The translations under genes and the position numbers were made by a program. Source: an uncultured Candidatus Saccharibacteria bacterium (GTDB lineage: Bacteria; Patescibacteriota; Minisyncoccia; Phycocordibacterales; VMEP01). Taken from it: DNA of 64,000 nt. The notes below the pieces were generated by a model. The model did no database searches, had not been told where the DNA came from, and saw nothing but the letters and a program-made list of their open reading frames with translations. How positions within the stretch are numbered: the stretch's first letter is position 1; the number at the start of each line of letters is the position of its first letter. The stretch lies in assembly GCA_964579635.1 (NCBI GenBank), contig CAZOFV010000004.1, forward strand, positions 817-64,816, written 5' to 3'. Positions 46,530 through 56,820 of the stretch are shown here, one piece after another.

Positions 46530-46949
46530 TTGTTTCTAGTGAAAGGGCTCCTAATGAAAAAAATAGATTTCCGCGGTAGGGAGATAATCGCGTCATTCAT
46601 GGCTGAAATGGCTGAGAACAGTTGCCACGAGCTACACAAGCTCGCTTCCCTCTTTATTGAGGCGGAGATCAGTGCAATAAAAATCACCAGGGAAAGTGTT
46701 GAAATTTATTTCTCTGGGGAGGGTGACTCGATCTTCGTCTCGGCAGAAAATAACGATCAAATCAGAAAGTTATTCGGGGACGAATGCATCATCAGAAGCG
46801 AACACTTCTGGGCAACCATGGGGGAAATATGGGGGCAATATGAGTCAACTCACGTGAAAGCCACGAGAGAGCTCTGGGAAGAGTGGTGTCGGGTCATAAA
46901 CCCGTTCATACACAATGCAATTCCCGACGAGAAGAAACAAGCAGCTTAA
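46530..46949 (+). CDS. hypothetical protein of atypical (higher) GC
   Basis: 139-aa ORF with GC around 45% against a background in the low 30s. Probable start at MKKIDFRG…. No recognised family. A terminator follows. Confidence 0.4.
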   Translation: MFLVKGLLMKKIDFRGREIIASFMAEMAENSCHELHKLASLFIEAEISAIKITRESVEIYFSGEGDSIFVSAENNDQIRKLFGDECIIRSEHFWATMGEIWGQYESTHVKATRELWEEWCRVINPFIHNAIPDEKKQAA

Positions 46950-46974
46950 GGTTAAACACCTTCGGCAAAATACT

Positions 46975-47003
46975 GGGGCGGCGCTTATTGCGTCGCCCTT
47001 TTG
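46975..47003 (+). terminator. intrinsic terminator
   Basis: gggcggcgcTTATTGcgtcgccc followed by TTTTG. Confidence 0.5.
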
Positions 47004-47015
47004 CATTTATCTTTT

Positions 47016-49619
47016 CTAACCACGCAAAACTTTTTTCAAATATTTCCCTGTGTGGGATTTCGTACTATTTGCGATATCTTCCGGTGTCCCTTTAGCAACA
47101 AGATTACCACCACCATCTCCTCCTTCGGGTCCAAAATCTAAAACATAATCAGCGCTTTTTATAACATCCATATTATGCTCAATCACGACAACTGTATTAC
47201 CCTTATCAACAAGTTTTTGCAAAATTTCTATAAGCTTACGAACGTCTTCATAATGCAAACCAACGGTCGGTTCATCTAAAAGATAAATCGTTTTTTCAAC
47301 ATGTGGACGGTAAAGTTCTGATGATATTTTTACACGTTGCGCTTCACCACCAGAAAGAGTCGTTGCGGATTGTCCGAGCTCCAAATAACCCAACCCAACA
47401 TCAGAGAGTGTTTTTATTCTGTCGTAAATTGCTGGAATATCTTCAAAAAATGTAAGTGCTTCCTCAACCGTCATTTTTAAAATATCGTGGATATTTTTCT
47501 TTTTGTATTTAACGTGAAGGGTTTCTTTGTCGAATCTTTTACCATTACAAATATCACAAGTTACATAAACTGTAGGTAAAAAGTGCATTTCTACGGCGAT
47601 TTCTCCGTTTCCTTGGCACGCCTCACAACGTCCACCTTTCACGTTAAAAGAGAATCTGTTAGCTTTCCACCCTCGCGTGCGTGCCTCTTCTGTTGAAGCG
47701 AATAATTCGCGAATAAACGTAAATGAACCAGTATAAGTGGCTGGGTTTGACCTTGGTGTTCTCCCGATTGGAGATTGATTAATCATTATCACACGCGAAA
47801 GGTATTCTGTTCCAGTAAAACCAGAGCAGTTATAGATTTTATTACTTCGATAACGACGTTCAAGTCGCGCTTGTAGATTGCGATATAAAATTTCATAAAG
47901 GAAAGACGATTTTCCAGAGCCAGATACCCCTGTCACGATAGAAAGTCTGCCGAGCGGAACGTCAACATTAAGATTTTTTATATTAAAAACTTTTCCTCCA
48001 GCAATTCGAAGAGTTCCCTTGTCTTTATCTCGCCTCCCTTCTGGCACCTCAATTTTTATCTCACCACGAAGATATGCGAGTGTTAAAGATTTAGAATCAT
48101 TTTTCTTGGCAGTTAATAATTCCTCTAGATCGCCGGCAACAACAATATTCCCTCCATGGATTCCAGCACCTGGACCAATATCAACAAGGTAATCTGCAGA
48201 AAAAATAGTGTCTTCATCGTGCTCAACAACAATTATCGTGTTGCCCATATTACGCAAATCTTGAAGTGTTTTTATCAAACGATCATTGTCGCGTTGATGA
48301 AGCCCAATTGTTGGTTCATCAAGAACATATAGCGCCCCCACCAAACGAGAACCAAGCTGTGAGGCAAGTCTAATACGTTGTGCTTCGCCACCAGAAAGTG
48401 TATTAGCGCGACGATTAAGCGTTAGGTAATCAAGACCAACGTCGAGCATGAAAGTAAGTCTTGCTTCAATTTCTTTAAAAACAACGCTGGCAATATTTTT
48501 TTCTTTGGCTGTAAGCTTTAATCCTTTAACGAAATCATTCGCTTTCAAAATTGATAGATCGGTAAAATCAACTATATTCTTGCCGACCCCTTTTGGTCCA
48601 CCGATGTATACATTCAAAGCCTCCGGCCTCAAGCGCGCACCAGCACACGTATCACACGGCTCATCTCCAAACAAATGTTTAGTGCCTAAACCATTACACT
48701 TTGGGCAAGCCCCGTATGGCGAATTAAATGAAAATAATCTCGGTTCAATTTCTGGATAAGAAAATCCATCTTTAGGGCAAGAAAATCTAGCCGACATAAT
48801 AAACTCTTCACCTGAAACCACCCCCGAAACTAGTCCCTCTGATTCTAGAACAGCGCGCTCTATTGCTTCAGCAAGCCTTGTTTCTGCTTGTTTTTGATTA
48901 TCCTTAAATTCAACTACACCAATTTCATCTACAAGAACCTCGATTGTGTGTTTTTTTGTTTTTGAAAGCGCGATTCTCTCGCGAAGATTTTTTAATTCTC
49001 CGTCCACGCGCACTTTTGTATAACCACGAGAAAGAAGGTCGTAAAGCATTTGGTAATATTCCCCTTTTCTTCCACGCACGAGTGGTGAAAAAATCTGTAC
49101 AGTTGCATCACTATATTTAACACCTAAAACTTTTTTCTCTTTAAAATGAGTAGCTGTTTCTATTTTTTCAACAACAAAACTTACAATCTCCTCGGTTGTG
49201 AGTTTTTCAATTTTTTCTCCACAAACTAAGCAGTATGGTTTACCAATACGCGCATAAAGAACACGGAGATAGTCATATATTTCAGTAATAGTCGCGACTG
49301 TCGAACGAGGATTATTTGAGCGAGATTTTTGGTCAATTGAAATTGCAGGTGAAAGTCCAATTATCTCATCAACATCCGGCTTTTGCATTTGATGTAAAAA
49401 TTGTCGAGCATAAGCAGAAAGAGACTCAACATAACGACGTTGCCCTTCGGCAAAAATGGTATCAAAAGCAAGAGATGATTTACCTGAACCAGATAGCCCA
49501 GTAAAAACAACCATCTTATTACGTGGCATTTCAACAGTAACGTTTTTAAGATTATGAGTCCTCGCCCCTTTGACGATTATTTTACTTATCCCGTTTGAAT
49601 TTTCACTTTGTTTTGACAT
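47016..49619 (-). CDS. uvrA: excinuclease ABC subunit A
   Basis: Two ABC ATPase modules (Walker [13 protein letters not shown] and GVSGSGKSS) with Zn-finger CxxC pairs. 867 aa, somewhat shorter than typical. Confidence 0.9.
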   Translation of the reverse strand: MSKQSENSNGISKIIVKGARTHNLKNVTVEMPRNKMVVFTGLSGSGKSSLAFDTIFAEGQRRYVESLSAYARQFLHQMQKPDVDEIIGLSPAISIDQKSRSNNPRSTVATITEIYDYLRVLYARIGKPYCLVCGEKIEKLTTEEIVSFVVEKIETATHFKEKKVLGVKYSDATVQIFSPLVRGRKGEYYQMLYDLLSRGYTKVRVDGELKNLRERIALSKTKKHTIEVLVDEIGVVEFKDNQKQAETRLAEAIERAVLESEGLVSGVVSGEEFIMSARFSCPKDGFSYPEIEPRLFSFNSPYGACPKCNGLGTKHLFGDEPCDTCAGARLRPEALNVYIGGPKGVGKNIVDFTDLSILKANDFVKGLKLTAKEKNIASVVFKEIEARLTFMLDVGLDYLTLNRRANTLSGGEAQRIRLASQLGSRLVGALYVLDEPTIGLHQRDNDRLIKTLQDLRNMGNTIIVVEHDEDTIFSADYLVDIGPGAGIHGGNIVVAGDLEELLTAKKNDSKSLTLAYLRGEIKIEVPEGRRDKDKGTLRIAGGKVFNIKNLNVDVPLGRLSIVTGVSGSGKSSFLYEILYRNLQARLERRYRSNKIYNCSGFTGTEYLSRVIMINQSPIGRTPRSNPATYTGSFTFIRELFASTEEARTRGWKANRFSFNVKGGRCEACQGNGEIAVEMHFLPTVYVTCDICNGKRFDKETLHVKYKKKNIHDILKMTVEEALTFFEDIPAIYDRIKTLSDVGLGYLELGQSATTLSGGEAQRVKISSELYRPHVEKTIYLLDEPTVGLHYEDVRKLIEILQKLVDKGNTVVVIEHNMDVIKSADYVLDFGPEGGDGGGNLVAKGTPEDIANSTKSHTGKYLKKVLRG

Positions 49620-49756
49620 AAAATTTATATGATGGTTTTGTCGAAAAATACCGCTTAAATACTTAAATCTGTGTCCCGAAAATTTCTAATGGGATCAATA
49701 TTTTTGTTTTCGTCTTTTTTCATATAGCAGGTTTTCTTGCCCCGTAGTCAGCTATG

Positions 49757-49835
49757 CCCCGTACTGAACTTGTTCTAGTACCGGGGTCGCTGTACTACTG
49801 GGGTTCATAATGACGCTAAAAACTACCCCGCGACC
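49757..49835. other. GC-rich nested-hairpin element in the uvrA upstream region
   Basis: ccccgtact/agtaccgggg stem (49757-49786) followed by the gtcgc…gcgac outer stem and the tgggg…cccc inner stem (49786-49834). Confidence 0.3.
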
Positions 49836-49879
49836 ATTCATAGGGGTATATATGAGTGAACTATATATGAATAAGATGT

Positions 49880-49908
49880 AAAAAACAAAGCCCCGAGAAG
49901 GGGCTTTG
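49880..49908 (-). terminator. intrinsic terminator downstream of the GC-rich orphan gene
   Basis: Minus-strand reading: aaagcccc-TTCTC-ggggcttt followed by GTTTTTT. Confidence 0.6.
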
Positions 49909-49930
49909 GCATTGCAACAACGAGAGAGAG

Positions 49931-50608
49931 CTACGGTCGAAGCCGGAGAAAAACGAGGCTACCAGCACGCCACCTGCCCGCCAGGGACACCTCTTCGGGG
50001 AGATATTCGTTTGTTTCCCACTCGTCAAAACCAGCTGTCTTCCAGTGGGCGCCAAAGATGAAAACTTCATCACTACCACCTCGAACGTGGAAGATGTTTG
50101 CTCTCCCGTTTATGGTAAGCGGTCCATCGTTCCCGTCAACCTGATTCTCAACAAGGACCGCAAAGTGGTACCACTCGGCAAGATCGTAGTCCTTGAGTTT
50201 TTCAACAATGTCTGACTCGTGAACATTGCGCATGAGACGAAAAACCTCAAAACTGGCCTCCGGCGCCGAATCAATTGCGCTAACAGACGGCAATATCCGG
50301 AAATCACAGCCGGCAGAATTTTTGAAAAACTCCTTCGGGTCCATGCGTTTCGTTATCGCCGGAACCGTTACTTCCGTAACGTAAATGAAATCCGCATCCA
50401 CCGGAATCGTTTTAGCGCTTCCGTTGTATAACATGTTGATTGCTTCGGCGACAGCGAGAGAGAGACGCTCCCCCTGGCTTGTGTGGTTAAGGATAACTTT
50501 CGGATCAAGACCTGTCAGTTTTATCGCCTTCGGCAAAGCGGGGCCAATTCCGCTCCCCAAAGTAGCAAATTGCCCGTTGGTACAAGAGGGTGTTCCATGA
50601 GAATCCAT
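49931..50608 (-). CDS. hypothetical protein encoded in a GC-rich islet between uvrA and uvrB
   Basis: 225-aa ORF with GC near 50% against a background in the low 30s. Its own terminator lies downstream and a 17-bp inverted repeat lies upstream. No recognised family. Confidence 0.5.
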   Translation of the reverse strand: MDSHGTPSCTNGQFATLGSGIGPALPKAIKLTGLDPKVILNHTSQGERLSLAVAEAINMLYNGSAKTIPVDADFIYVTEVTVPAITKRMDPKEFFKNSAGCDFRILPSVSAIDSAPEASFEVFRLMRNVHESDIVEKLKDYDLAEWYHFAVLVENQVDGNDGPLTINGRANIFHVRGGSDEVFIFGAHWKTAGFDEWETNEYLPEEVSLAGRWRAGSLVFLRLRP

Positions 50609-50657
50609 GGCTGTTCCTTTCGTGTAATTAATGCTGGAGGGTTCTTTCGTTGTGAAA

Positions 50658-50722
50658 GTTTACCACAGCTGGAAATGACTAGAACTATTTAGTAGATAGA
50701 GGCGCTTCCAGCTGTGGTAAAC
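50658..50722. repeat. perfect 17-bp inverted repeat with a 31-bp spacer
   Basis: gtttaccacagctggaa (50658-50674) versus ttccagctgtggtaaac (50706-50722). Confidence 0.8.
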
Positions 50723-50787
50723 AAGTAAGTAAAAGAACTAATTTCCTACTTATACATCAGCATAAATTTCTTTGCAATTCTTCCTTA

Positions 50788-52812
50788 TTATTCCCCTTTC
50801 TCTTCAAATTTTTTCTTAAGTAGTAATATCTCATCACGTAGAATTGCAGCGGCCTCGAAATCTAATTCTTTCACCGCAATACTCATTTCTTTTTCTTTTA
50901 ATTTAATAAGTTTCTTAGGATTTTTCTGAAAGATTTGTTCGTCTATACTTAAATTAAATCTAACAGACTTATCATGGTTGCTTTCCAAGTGTTCGGCAAT
51001 GTCGTGAATTTTCTTTTTTATTGTTGTTGGAGTAATGCCATGTTCTTTGTTGTAGGTAACTTGAATAACTCTACGGCGATTAGTTTCTCCAATAGCTTTC
51101 TTCATTGAGTCGGTTTCTACGTCGGCATAAAGAGTTACTCGTCCGGCAGAATTTCTAGCAGCACGTCCGATAGTTTGAATCAAAGAAACAGCTGAACGCA
51201 AAAATCCTTCTTTGTCGGCGTCTAAGATGCCGATAAAAGAAACTTCCGGTAAGTCCAAACCTTCACGTAGTAAGTTGACCCCAACCAAACAATCAAAAGT
51301 TCCACGACGAAATTCTGATAATATTTTAATTCGGTCGATTGTTTTAATGTCGCTATGTAAATATTCCGCCTTAATCCCTTGATCTTTTAGATACGTACTT
51401 AATTCTTCTGCCATTTTTTTAGTCAAAGTTGTTGCAATAGAACGCTCTCCTTTTGCAGTCACCTTCTTTGTTTCGGTCATAAAATCTTCAATCTGACCAC
51501 CATATACACCTTTTGCAGAAATTGGCCTTATTGTAATTTCAGGGTCAACCAACCCAGTTGGACGAATAATCTGCTCAACAATTTGTTCGCTTGTCGTCAT
51601 CTCAAGCTCACTCGGTGTTGCTGACGTATAAATCACTTCTCCTATACGTTCTTCAAATTCCTTAAAATTCAAAGGACGATTATCAACGGCAGACGGTAAG
51701 CGAAATCCGTGCTCAACAAGTGTTTTCTTTCGAGAAAAGTCCCCCGCCTGCATTCCGCGCAATTGTGGCAATGTCACATGAGATTCATCTATGATGGTCA
51801 AAAAATCTGGTTTCCCTTCTTTTGTTTTTGGAAAATAAGAAAGTAGTGTATCCGGCGCTGCCCCAGCTGGTCTTCCTGAAAGTGGCCTTGAATAGTTCTC
51901 AATTCCAGAACAATATCCAACCTCGCGAATCATCGCCATATCATAATTCGTTCGGCGCTTTAACCTATCTGCTTCAAGCAACTTTCCCTCTTTTTCAAAT
52001 TTTTTTAAAGTATCGGCTAATTCTTTTTTTATAATTTTTATTGCCCGTTCGCGCTGTGATTTTTCTGTAAGAAAATGTTTTGCCGGAAAAAGAAAAACAC
52101 TTTTTTCTTCACCAAGAATTTTTTGTGACACTGGATCAACAACAATAATATTTGATATTTTCCCATCATTAATATCAACATTCAAAACATATCTCTCAGA
52201 AACTGGCATTATTTCAACGCGCGAACCAATACTCCTAAATTCTCCAGGATTTATATCTGCATTTGTTCTTTCAAAGTGAATACTTATAAGACGCTTAATT
52301 AATTCTTGACGATTAGTGGAATCACCAACTTTAATTTCAAAATTCTCCTTACGATATTCTTCTGGGCTACCCAAACCATAAATACACGAGACAGAAGCAA
52401 CAATTATCACGTCGCGACGCGACATTAACGCCTGAGTGGAAGCATGCCTTAATCGATCTATCTCTTCGTTAATCTGAGCATCCTTTTCAATATATGTGTC
52501 TGTCACGGGCATATAAGCCTCTGGTTGATAGTAGTCGTAATAAGAAACAAAATAATGTACCGCATTCTCTGGGAAAAATTCTTTATACTCTTGCGCCAAC
52601 TGAGCAACCAGAGTTTTGTTGTGAGCAATCACAAGAGTTGGCTTACCCTCATTTGCAATTATGTTTGCCATCGTGAAGGTTTTTCCGGAGCCAGTCACAC
52701 CAAGCAAGGTCTGCTTCTTAAAGCCTTTTTTGAGACCCTTTGTAAGCGCAGAAATAGCCTTCGGCTGATCTCCGGCTGGAGTAAAATGTTTTGATAGTTT
52801 AAAAACTGACAT
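50788..52812 (-). CDS. uvrB: excinuclease ABC subunit B
   Basis: 674 aa with helicase motifs (GVTGSGKT, DESH), a beta-hairpin region and a C-terminal UVR domain (…ILRDEILLLKKK…). Confidence 0.95.
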   Translation of the reverse strand: MSVFKLSKHFTPAGDQPKAISALTKGLKKGFKKQTLLGVTGSGKTFTMANIIANEGKPTLVIAHNKTLVAQLAQEYKEFFPENAVHYFVSYYDYYQPEAYMPVTDTYIEKDAQINEEIDRLRHASTQALMSRRDVIIVASVSCIYGLGSPEEYRKENFEIKVGDSTNRQELIKRLISIHFERTNADINPGEFRSIGSRVEIMPVSERYVLNVDINDGKISNIIVVDPVSQKILGEEKSVFLFPAKHFLTEKSQRERAIKIIKKELADTLKKFEKEGKLLEADRLKRRTNYDMAMIREVGYCSGIENYSRPLSGRPAGAAPDTLLSYFPKTKEGKPDFLTIIDESHVTLPQLRGMQAGDFSRKKTLVEHGFRLPSAVDNRPLNFKEFEERIGEVIYTSATPSELEMTTSEQIVEQIIRPTGLVDPEITIRPISAKGVYGGQIEDFMTETKKVTAKGERSIATTLTKKMAEELSTYLKDQGIKAEYLHSDIKTIDRIKILSEFRRGTFDCLVGVNLLREGLDLPEVSFIGILDADKEGFLRSAVSLIQTIGRAARNSAGRVTLYADVETDSMKKAIGETNRRRVIQVTYNKEHGITPTTIKKKIHDIAEHLESNHDKSVRFNLSIDEQIFQKNPKKLIKLKEKEMSIAVKELDFEAAAILRDEILLLKKKFEEKGE

Positions 52813-52841
52813 GTGTAAAATGAATAATACTGTAGTGAGAT

Positions 52842-52872
52842 AAAAAGGAAAGCCGTCGATATTTTCGACGGC
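52842..52872 (-). terminator. intrinsic terminator upstream of uvrB
   Basis: Minus-strand reading: gccgtcga-AAATA-tcgacggc followed by TTTCCTTTTT. Confidence 0.5.
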
Positions 52873-52905
52873 AGACCGACAACGGGTTAAAGTAGGCCAA
52901 ATAGC

Positions 52906-53259
52906 TTAATCCCGAACGAGCGTAGTAATTAATTTTTGGAAGGGCCTATCCTTTGCTGATAGCGCAACATAGCCGACCAAAACATACGCAATGTGGGTAA
53001 ACAGAAATGATAAAAAACTCTGCGTCGTCATCATAATAATTAGACCTAAAGAAAAAGAAACAACAACGCTTAGTTTGGAAAAAGATTTTATCGGCAGCTT
53101 CCTTATCGGATTAAACCAAAGAACCGAAAGGAGAGAGTACGTGTAAAGAAACCTTACCCCATCTCCATCCGCCCAAAAAGTCGAAATGACGACAATCACG
53201 AGATGGGCTATCGTTTGAAAAACAACGGCAGACCACCACGTAAAACATAAGCGTGACAT
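52906..53259 (-). CDS. hypothetical small membrane protein
   Basis: 117 aa with three or four hydrophobic helices. Confidence 0.4.
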   Translation of the reverse strand: MSRLCFTWWSAVVFQTIAHLVIVVISTFWADGDGVRFLYTYSLLSVLWFNPIRKLPIKSFSKLSVVVSFSLGLIIMMTTQSFLSFLFTHIAYVLVGYVALSAKDRPFQKLITTLVRD

Positions 53260-53312
53260 AACTTCCCCCTATCTATTAGAAAACCTTTTGAAAGAATACA
53301 ATAAAAACATGT

Positions 53313-54518
53313 TTACGTCAATTGACGATATCGCCCTAAAAACTCTTCTTTAAATTGCGGAAAGTTACCATCTAAAATTGATTGTCTAATTTTCTTTACC
53401 AAATTAACTATGAAGTAAAGATTATGGATTGAACCCAATGTTGGCCCCAACATTTCTTTTGCCCTAAAAAGGTGTGCTATGTAGGCCTTACTAAAATTTT
53501 TACAAGCATAGCAACCGCAATCTTTTTCAACAGGACTCAAATCTTCTCTAAACTTAGAGTTTTGTATTATTATCCTTCCTTCGTTTGTATAAAAATTACC
53601 ATTTCTCCCCTGGCGTGTCGGGGCGACACAATCAAATGTATCGCATCCATTTTCTACCCCTAAAAATAAATCTTCTGGTTCTCCCACCCCAAGTAAATGT
53701 CTTGGCTTATCTTCTGGCAAGATTTCATTAACCCACCTTACGGCTGTTGCCATGTCCTCTTTAACAAATGACCCGCCAATACCAAAGCCATCAAAAGTTT
53801 TACCGTTTACATCAAGGCCAGCGAGAACTCTAGCGCTTTCTTTTCTTAAATCTTCAAAACGCCCACCTTGAACCACCCCAAATAATGCTTGATCATTTTT
53901 ACTGTGCGACTCTAAACACCTTTTTGCCCAGCGGTGCGTTCTTTCCATAGCTTGCATTTGATATTCTTTAGGTGCCATTGGCGAAGTACACTCGTCAAAA
54001 GCAAAAATAATATCAGCTCCCAAGTTTTGTTGTATCTCCATAGAACGCTCTGGTGTAAAGCGGTGCTCACTGCCATTCATAAAAGACCTGAATGTTACAC
54101 CTTCTTCGTCTATTTGTGCGAGCTTACCACCAAAGTTCCCCTCATCGGTATATTCTGCAATTTCTTCCCCTGTGGCAATTTTACCAACACTTTTCCCCAT
54201 GGCAGCACCTAAAGAAAAAACCTGAAAACCACCAGAATCGGTAAAGGTGGGTCCTTCCCAATTCATAAATTTACCCAAACCACCAGAATTTTTTACAAGC
54301 TCATCACCAGGCTCAAGATAAAGATGATATGTATTTGCTAAAACAGCCTGCCCGCCCAAACCCAAAACTTGTTCAGTCGTGAGAGACTTCACACTCCCCT
54401 TGGTACCAACCACAATAAAAGCCGGAGTTTCAAGCACTCCATGGGGGGTAATTATTGTTCCAGCTCTACCTAGTGTTTCTGGTACTTTTTTATCAATAGT
54501 AAATTTAATTGGCTTCAT
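53313..54518 (-). CDS. tgt: queuine tRNA-ribosyltransferase
   Basis: 401-aa TIM-barrel Tgt with Zn-site CGCYACKNFSKAYIAHL and conserved catalytic Asp context. Confidence 0.9.
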   Translation of the reverse strand: MKPIKFTIDKKVPETLGRAGTIITPHGVLETPAFIVVGTKGSVKSLTTEQVLGLGGQAVLANTYHLYLEPGDELVKNSGGLGKFMNWEGPTFTDSGGFQVFSLGAAMGKSVGKIATGEEIAEYTDEGNFGGKLAQIDEEGVTFRSFMNGSEHRFTPERSMEIQQNLGADIIFAFDECTSPMAPKEYQMQAMERTHRWAKRCLESHSKNDQALFGVVQGGRFEDLRKESARVLAGLDVNGKTFDGFGIGGSFVKEDMATAVRWVNEILPEDKPRHLLGVGEPEDLFLGVENGCDTFDCVAPTRQGRNGNFYTNEGRIIIQNSKFREDLSPVEKDCGCYACKNFSKAYIAHLFRAKEMLGPTLGSIHNLYFIVNLVKKIRQSILDGNFPQFKEEFLGRYRQLT

Positions 54519-54558
54519 ATGTTTAGCCTATGCACTCTGCCAAAAATTTTCAATTCGG

Positions 54559-55377
54559 TCAAAAAATAAACCTTCTTTTAATAAAGCGTAAAAATAAAAA
54601 TATAACGACAAAAGAAATTGTATAAAAAATAATTGAGTTACCAAGAATTAATCCGATTATTGTTAAAATAAAAATATAAACATAATCTAGTGGTTTTTTG
54701 ACCATAGACCAAACATCAGTTTTTCCTTCATTGTTTTTTATCTTCTCATCTAACTTTTCTATATCTTTGCGGACGTCAACCGAGGTGTTATCAGTCCATG
54801 TTTTTATACTAGTTCTTATTGGCTCAACCTTACCAAAAAATGACTGGGTAGTTTCAGTAACTGGCTCTGGTAAATTTTCTACAGCATACTCTTTTGCAAA
54901 ATTAACTTTCTCGTTAATAATTTGCTGAGCTGTAGTAGTCGGACTAGTTGATTTTATTGGTGCGCCAATAAAATGTTCACTTTCTTCGGTTTTCGCATAC
55001 TCAAGAGTTGCTCCGTTCGTTCCTATTTTAGAGGTCCCAACAACAGCGTAAACCTTATGATAACCATCTGATATTTTCCAGTCAGCAGAAGCAATTTTTG
55101 TCCCTAAAGACGAAAGGGAGAAAGCTACTCTTGCTATAACATCAGCATTATCATAAAAAACAACTTCCCCTGTTATGGTTTCTTTCCCGCCATTCCAAAG
55201 AATTGTATAAACCTTAACTGTGTCTCCTGGAGTAAAATCATTCTGTGAAAACCAAATGTTTCCAGGAGCAAATCCGGCATTTTTAATAACAGTATCCTCT
55301 GCAAAAGATAAGGATGGAATAAAAATAAAAACCAGTATCGTGATTATGGTAATAATATTTATTCTTTTTATCTCCAT
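54559..55377 (-). CDS. hypothetical secreted protein with a C-terminal TM anchor
   Basis: Signal peptide, an extracytoplasmic domain of about 200 aa and a C-terminal TM. Confidence 0.45.
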   Translation of the reverse strand: MEIKRINIITIITILVFIFIPSLSFAEDTVIKNAGFAPGNIWFSQNDFTPGDTVKVYTILWNGGKETITGEVVFYDNADVIARVAFSLSSLGTKIASADWKISDGYHKVYAVVGTSKIGTNGATLEYAKTEESEHFIGAPIKSTSPTTTAQQIINEKVNFAKEYAVENLPEPVTETTQSFFGKVEPIRTSIKTWTDNTSVDVRKDIEKLDEKIKNNEGKTDVWSMVKKPLDYVYIFILTIIGLILGNSIIFYTISFVVIFLFLRFIKRRFIF

Positions 55378-55383
55378 AAAAAC

Positions 55384-56112
55384 TTAGTGTAGAAAAATTG
55401 TCGCAATAAACATCAATGCAACGCCTGTAATCGTCGCTAATACTGCACGACCAGACGGCCTTTGACTATGCGCTTCTGGTAAAACTTCCGATGCTCCGAT
55501 GTAAAGAAAGAATCCAGCAAAAAACCCTAGATAAATAAGTAAAATTTCTTCCGGAACAGTAAAGAATAAGGTAGAAAGTCCACCCAAGACTGGAGCAAAC
55601 GCCACTATCCCTAAAAACATAAAAACTTTTTTTGTTGTGTTTTTATGCTGAAGCATAAGTGTTACGGTATTTAATCCATCAGAAAATGCGTGAGAAATCA
55701 CTCCTAAGGAAACGAGCATCCCCAAAGCGGGTGATACTTGGAACCCTAAGCCAATACCAACACCGTCTAAAAATGAGTGGGCGGCAAGCGCTAAAGCAGA
55801 AACAATTCCTACTGTTGGGTGTGTGTGGGGGCCATAATGATCTTCATTTGAGTGGTGAATCAAAACAGCTTTTTCAAGTATGTGAAAAATGAAAAATCCA
55901 GCAATAAGCGCAACCATTGGAACCAACGGGTCAACGGAAAGGTCTGCTGTCATCTCCATAATCTCTGGCATCAAATCAAAAGCTACAACAGAAAGAAGAA
56001 TACCTGCTGTAAACCCCAAGACTATATGCAAATGGTCACGATATTTAAAAGCAATTAAACCACCAAGAAACGACGAAACGAGGGTCAACAAAATAAATAT
56101 AATTACGGACAT
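55384..56112 (-). CDS. zupT: ZIP-family metal (zinc) transporter
   Basis: HSFLDGVGIG and HAFSDGLN motifs; 8 TM; 242 aa. Confidence 0.8.
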   Translation of the reverse strand: MSVIIFILLTLVSSFLGGLIAFKYRDHLHIVLGFTAGILLSVVAFDLMPEIMEMTADLSVDPLVPMVALIAGFFIFHILEKAVLIHHSNEDHYGPHTHPTVGIVSALALAAHSFLDGVGIGLGFQVSPALGMLVSLGVISHAFSDGLNTVTLMLQHKNTTKKVFMFLGIVAFAPVLGGLSTLFFTVPEEILLIYLGFFAGFFLYIGASEVLPEAHSQRPSGRAVLATITGVALMFIATIFLH

Positions 56113-56138
56113 AGTTTATATATTATAACACGTATAAA

Positions 56139-56723
56139 TTAAGCGTTAAATAAATCTTTTTCTTCGCTCTTTAGCAACTCAATTAATTCTTCAAAATATT
56201 TTTTTACCTCCGGAGAAACAGCAACCTTATCTTTTTTATGATCAAGAAGCATCTGAAGCCCGACCTTATTCATTTTCCAAGAACGGCCATTATCAGTATA
56301 GATATTTATCATTGGTTGTATTTTATCTAACGCATAGACAAACCTGCTCTCCTTATCTTCCCTTTTTTCGTATTTTTCAATTAGTGTATGCAAATCTTCA
56401 AATTCAGAAAAATCTTCTTTAATTTTTTCTGCCGCCTCTTTTTCTCTTTTTTCCTTACTTTCTAAGTGAGTTTTTTCAGAAGAATATATATAGGTATCAC
56501 CTGCATGAACTTCGACAAAATCGTGCACCAACGCATACTTAATGACTAAATTAATATCTAAATCTAATTTATTAACGTTTACTATATACCAAGCAAGCAT
56601 CGCCATGTAATAACTATGCTCTACATCATTTTCGTTTCTTTCTTTTTCATTAACTAAAACAACCCGCTCAACAGAGCGAAATTTGTTTAAAAGTTTTGTA
56701 AAATTAATTATTTTACTAAGCAT
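56139..56723 (-). CDS. HD-domain phosphohydrolase (YfbR-like 5'-nucleotidase family)
   Basis: H…HD…D metal-binding motif (VEHSYYMAM…LVHDFVEVHAGD). Confidence 0.7.
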   Translation of the reverse strand: MLSKIINFTKLLNKFRSVERVVLVNEKERNENDVEHSYYMAMLAWYIVNVNKLDLDINLVIKYALVHDFVEVHAGDTYIYSSEKTHLESKEKREKEAAEKIKEDFSEFEDLHTLIEKYEKREDKESRFVYALDKIQPMINIYTDNGRSWKMNKVGLQMLLDHKKDKVAVSPEVKKYFEELIELLKSEEKDLFNA

Positions 56724-56728
56724 ATGAG

Positions 56729-56799
56729 TCGGGGTACAGGGAATCGAACCCTGTCTTCACGCACCCGAAACGTGCGTACTACCGGTATACTATACCCCG
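56729..56799 (-). tRNA. tRNA-Pro (anticodon CGG)
   Basis: Manual fold: C1:G72 acceptor pair and A73 discriminator, both typical of bacterial tRNA-Pro. U8, A14, G18G19 and A21 present. Anticodon loop UUCGGGU with G37. T-loop UUCGAUU. 4-nt variable loop. 71 nt. Confidence 0.8.
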
Positions 56800-56820
56800 A
56801 AAAAACTAAGTCTAACATCT

